Assembly: GCF_018977255.1 (NCBI RefSeq)
Contig: NW_024704743.1
Location: 3,536,001-3,600,000 of the forward strand
Length of the DNA stretch: 64,000 nucleotides
Reading direction: 5' to 3'
DNA from: Callorhinchus milii
Lineage: Eukaryota
The position numbers were made by a program, and so were the translations under genes. Numbering within the stretch: position 1 is the first letter of the stretch; the number at the start of each line of letters is the position of its first letter. Of the stretch, positions 60,300-64,000 are shown piece after piece. The notes below the pieces were generated by a model. It was not told the DNA's origin, did not search any database, and saw only the letters and a list, made by a program, of their open reading frames with translations.

Positions 60300-61751
60300 C
60301 ACTATCTTGTCTGGGTCAAATGTGGGGGGGTGGGGGCAGTAAAAATCTCCATCACGATCAGAAAGGGAAAACCTAATTCAGCACTTGCAGACCAAATTGT
60401 TATCTGGTATCTCCTTATCGCAAATATATGAGACTTCGAATGAGGAGAGGATTGGGTCTAGCTGTGGTGTCTCTTTTTTGGCTAAATGGACCTAAAACGC
60501 CAGCTATCTCAGCTTAGGCAGAAGGAATGTTAACACAAAGGGCTGACAATGTCTGTGCAGCTGAAGCTCGGAAGAAGAAAGTGAGGGGGATAAATTGATA
60601 AGATCAGAGCTGAGGGAAACTGTAAAGATAATGTGGCTTCTATACATACAGAGTGATACCTTCCTTCGCTTAACAGTGGGGTTAAAAAAAACACATTCAG
60701 GATGGTGTTGCACAGCTACCAGGAAAAGCAGCTCAAAATGTAAACCTATAAGGGAACCCATGTATGTCATGCTGACTTGCAAGCTCTCGCCCACTAAATA
60801 TACAGTCATTTCACTTTACAGTATATCGGGTGAAGCGCTTTGAGAAGTCTCGAAGACGTGGTACGGCGCTATATCAAACGCAAGGACTATTATTATCTCA
60901 GCTCCTACTTGCGTTCGCCCACAAATATAAGGTCAATTCACTTTACAGTGTGTTCTATGAAGCGCTTTGGGACGTCCTCCCGACGTGAAAAGCGCTATAT
61001 CAAATGCAAGGATTATTATTATTATTATTATAAGTCAGTGCGGTGTTTGTGGGGCTCTCTCTGCTGGAGATTCAGTTGATGCCGTGAAGCAGTTTTTCCA
61101 GTGTCAAGTCACCAGTAAACCTATTGTTTTCCCCAGGAACACTTTTTCAACCCTATAATCACCCTAACAACACCTTCTAGTCACAACATACTCAGTTGCT
61201 ACTCATCTGCCTGGTGGGTTATTTGCTTCTGCTTCACGACAACAGCACGGTCTCTCTGGAATGTGGTCAAGTCCAGGTTATGTCGTTAAGTTAATATTCT
61301 TAACCTTTTGAACTCTCACAGATATGTGTTGAACCCGAGTGGTTTGTCTTCTCTTATCCGTACAGTAGAAAACACCACGACTGTCACGGAGCCAGCCATG
61401 TCAATCGGCCATTCTGAAAGCAGGTGTTTACCGGCAAAATGAGCCACGATAATAATAATACTCCTTACGTTTGACACAGCACCTTATCACGTCTTTGAGA
61501 CTTCTCAAAGTGCTTCACAGAATAAATTGTAAAATTAATTGACTGCATATTTTGGGGCGTAACATGACAGGAACAGCAGTGTCCCACAAACAGTCTCGGA
61601 TTGAGTGACCAAATTATTATCATTATTTTGAAGGAATGCAAATTATTATTATTATTCTTTTGAAGGGATTGAACATCTGCGCACAGTACAAACATATAGA
61701 TTGCACCACACACCAGAAGGATGTAGGGAGTACATGAAAATATAATAATAA

Positions 61752-62120
61752 CAGTAATCCTTGCATTTGATGTAGTACCTTATCACATTGTTGAGCCTCA
61801 ACTCAAAGCTCAACAGAATATACCGTAAAGTGAATTGACTGTATATTTTTTTGTGGGTGAAACACGGCAGCCAATTGCGCACAGCAGTGTCCCAGAAACA
61901 TTAGTGGATTGAGTGACTGATTTATTATTATTATTATTATTATTATTTTTTTTTGAAGGGATTATTGCCCCTGGAAAAGTGATCCACCAATCGACTAACA
62001 AGCGGGTTCCTACTTACTCCTAGGTAATCAGAGGCATGGGGAGGAAGGAAACTTGCCTAAAGTTTTGCCCTGGTCTTCTCGCTTGCGAGGCGAGTGCTCT
62101 AACCACTGAGCTACATGCTC
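61752..62120 (-). mobile_element. Deu-domain tRNA SINE
   Basis: Antisense head gagtgctctaaccactgagctaca and tail. Confidence 0.85.
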
Positions 62121-62513
62121 CACTTGCATTTAGATAACACCCCCCTCACCCAGGGGGGAGGTGACTGGAGGCACGGTCGAAGAGGAAGGTCTCTTCAGGC
62201 ACAAACTGAAGAACACTACAGGACTCCAAAAAAGATGGGAAGTCACTTGGGTGTAAGATTTAACCTATCACGTCATCATTCAAGCGACATCCACCATTTC
62301 TAAGGATTTCTCTCATGCATTTTCTTCAGTGAGGAAGCAGCAGATGTTCAAATATCTTCTAATCCTTTCACTCTGTTACTGCTTACTGCACCGGAAGCTT
62401 TCTGGAGTCTTGCATCTACGCCAATCACGCTTACTTGGTTGCAAAAGAAATGTGTCTGGCACTGTGAATCAGCTCGGTATTCCACCAGAATGAATAGAAG
62501 GGTAGATTTTTGG

Positions 62514-62985
62514 GGAGTCCTGTAGCATATTGGGTAGAGCAATCGCCTCGCAGGCGAGAGGACATCATGGGTAGGGCGAAATGTTAGGCAAGTTTCCTTA
62601 CTCCACACGCCTCTGTTTACCTAGCAGTAAGTAGGAACCCGGTTGTTAGTTGATTGACAAATCGCTTTTCCAGGGGTAATAATCCCTTAAAAAAATAATA
62701 AACTCATAAATAATAACAATTTCAGTGGTCACTCAATGCACGACTGTGCGCAATTGGCTGCCGTGTTTTGCCCACAAAATATACAGTCAGTTCACTTTAC
62801 AAGATATTCTGCGAAGCGCTTTGAGACGTCTTGAAGACTTGATAAGGAGCCAATTAAAATTATAATTTCTATTATGATTATTTTTATTATTCTTATTTTT
62901 GTAAGCTCAACACACAAGAAGCAGGTCTCAAAAACTACCTTATCTTTCGTTTCAGCTATATCAAATGCAAGGATTATTATTATTA
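62514..62985 (+). mobile_element. Deu-domain tRNA SINE with ~100-bp insertion in the tail
   Basis: Head ggagtcctgtagc; tail split at ~62850 and resuming gctatatcaaatgcaagg at ~62955. Confidence 0.8.
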
Positions 62986-64000
62986 CATCTCTTCCAAAGA
63001 CCTGCTTAAAGACAGTTCTTCCAAGACTAAGCAAGGAATCAAATGGCCTTTCCGTTTCATTTTAAACACGAATGCCGTTTTAAGTCGTTCAATTCTGCGA
63101 GGATTTGCTGCAGTTATTAGCTTTGGAAAATGGCCTAGCCGGAGCAAGAAGAATACAATTTCTTTTAATTCTAGAGCTGTGTTGCAAACAGCAGCAGAAT
63201 GTAACCTGTCGGAAAGCTGTCACATCTAATCAGAGAAGAAAAGGTGGCCGGCTCCAGAGAACAAATAAGCAAGGTGTCATGTACACGTCGACTGTAATTA
63301 ATTCTGCAGTGTCTAGTTTACAGGCATTAAATATAGGTTTCGCTTTTTCTCTATTATATCAAGTGACTCATTTACACCTACGCAGAATTTTGTCAGCATA
63401 ATGATATGCCCTTTTTAAAAATAAAATTACTTATTACCAGTTCTGGAGAGTCCATGTGGACTATTAGTTACGGTGTCACCTAATGATACTCAGGCAATTT
63501 TTTTTTTGCTGCTTGTATTTTGGTAAACGGTTGTTAAATCTCAAACACCTTTTGTTGTGTTTTTTTTAGTTGGCCTATACTGGAGACTTTGAGAATGAAC
63601 AAAAAGATTTTCAGACTGCGGCAAAACTATTTCAGTAGTTTTCTCTGTTTTAAGTGGGGTTCAGTGCACGTTTCCGAAGCGTGATTCATAAAGTATATTA
63701 AGACGAGCTTGTGAAAGCTATAGACTGCGCTGAGCAGGCTGCCTATAGTTCTCGGCAGTTCTTACCCAGGCCCCCAGCCTAGAGGCAATGCAGAATAATA
63801 ATAATAATAATAATCCAGAAGAGAGCAAAGGTGATCCCCGATGTCAGAGGAATGAGCTAAGAGCAATGATTAGACACGCTTTTCGGTCTTGAAGAAGGTG
63901 ACTCAGAGGGACCTTATAGAGGTGAATAACATTTTAAATAACATATGCACTCCCTCAGTCCCTCCGCCTCGCCCCCTCCCTTCCTCCCTCCCTCCCCGCT

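Overview
Vertebrate genomic DNA, not prokaryotic. The repeat content (tRNA-headed Deu-domain SINEs with L2-like tails, shark-type CR1 and L2 LINE ends, Penelope ends, LF-SINE) points to a cartilaginous fish, plausibly a holocephalan; this is an inference. The only supportable protein-coding gene is NME8 (TXNDC3/SPTRX2; thioredoxin plus three NDPK-like domains) on the minus strand. It has 14 coding exons from the ATG at 14792 down to 1480, all GT-AG and phase-consistent (1451 nt, about 483 codons), and its last exons lie beyond the left edge. The remaining ~46 kb (18-64 kb) is gene-free and repeat-rich. I see no defensible new biological system. The best leads are an NDK2 domain that keeps the catalytic histidine, a candidate internally deleted L2 element (ORF1 region joined to a 3' tail), an orphan CpG-undepleted 1-kb segment with a broken reading frame at 22-23 kb, and a compact TF-motif cluster at 27.5-27.9 kb. 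Repeat family names come from remembered consensus motifs, not a search, and repeat boundaries are approximate.
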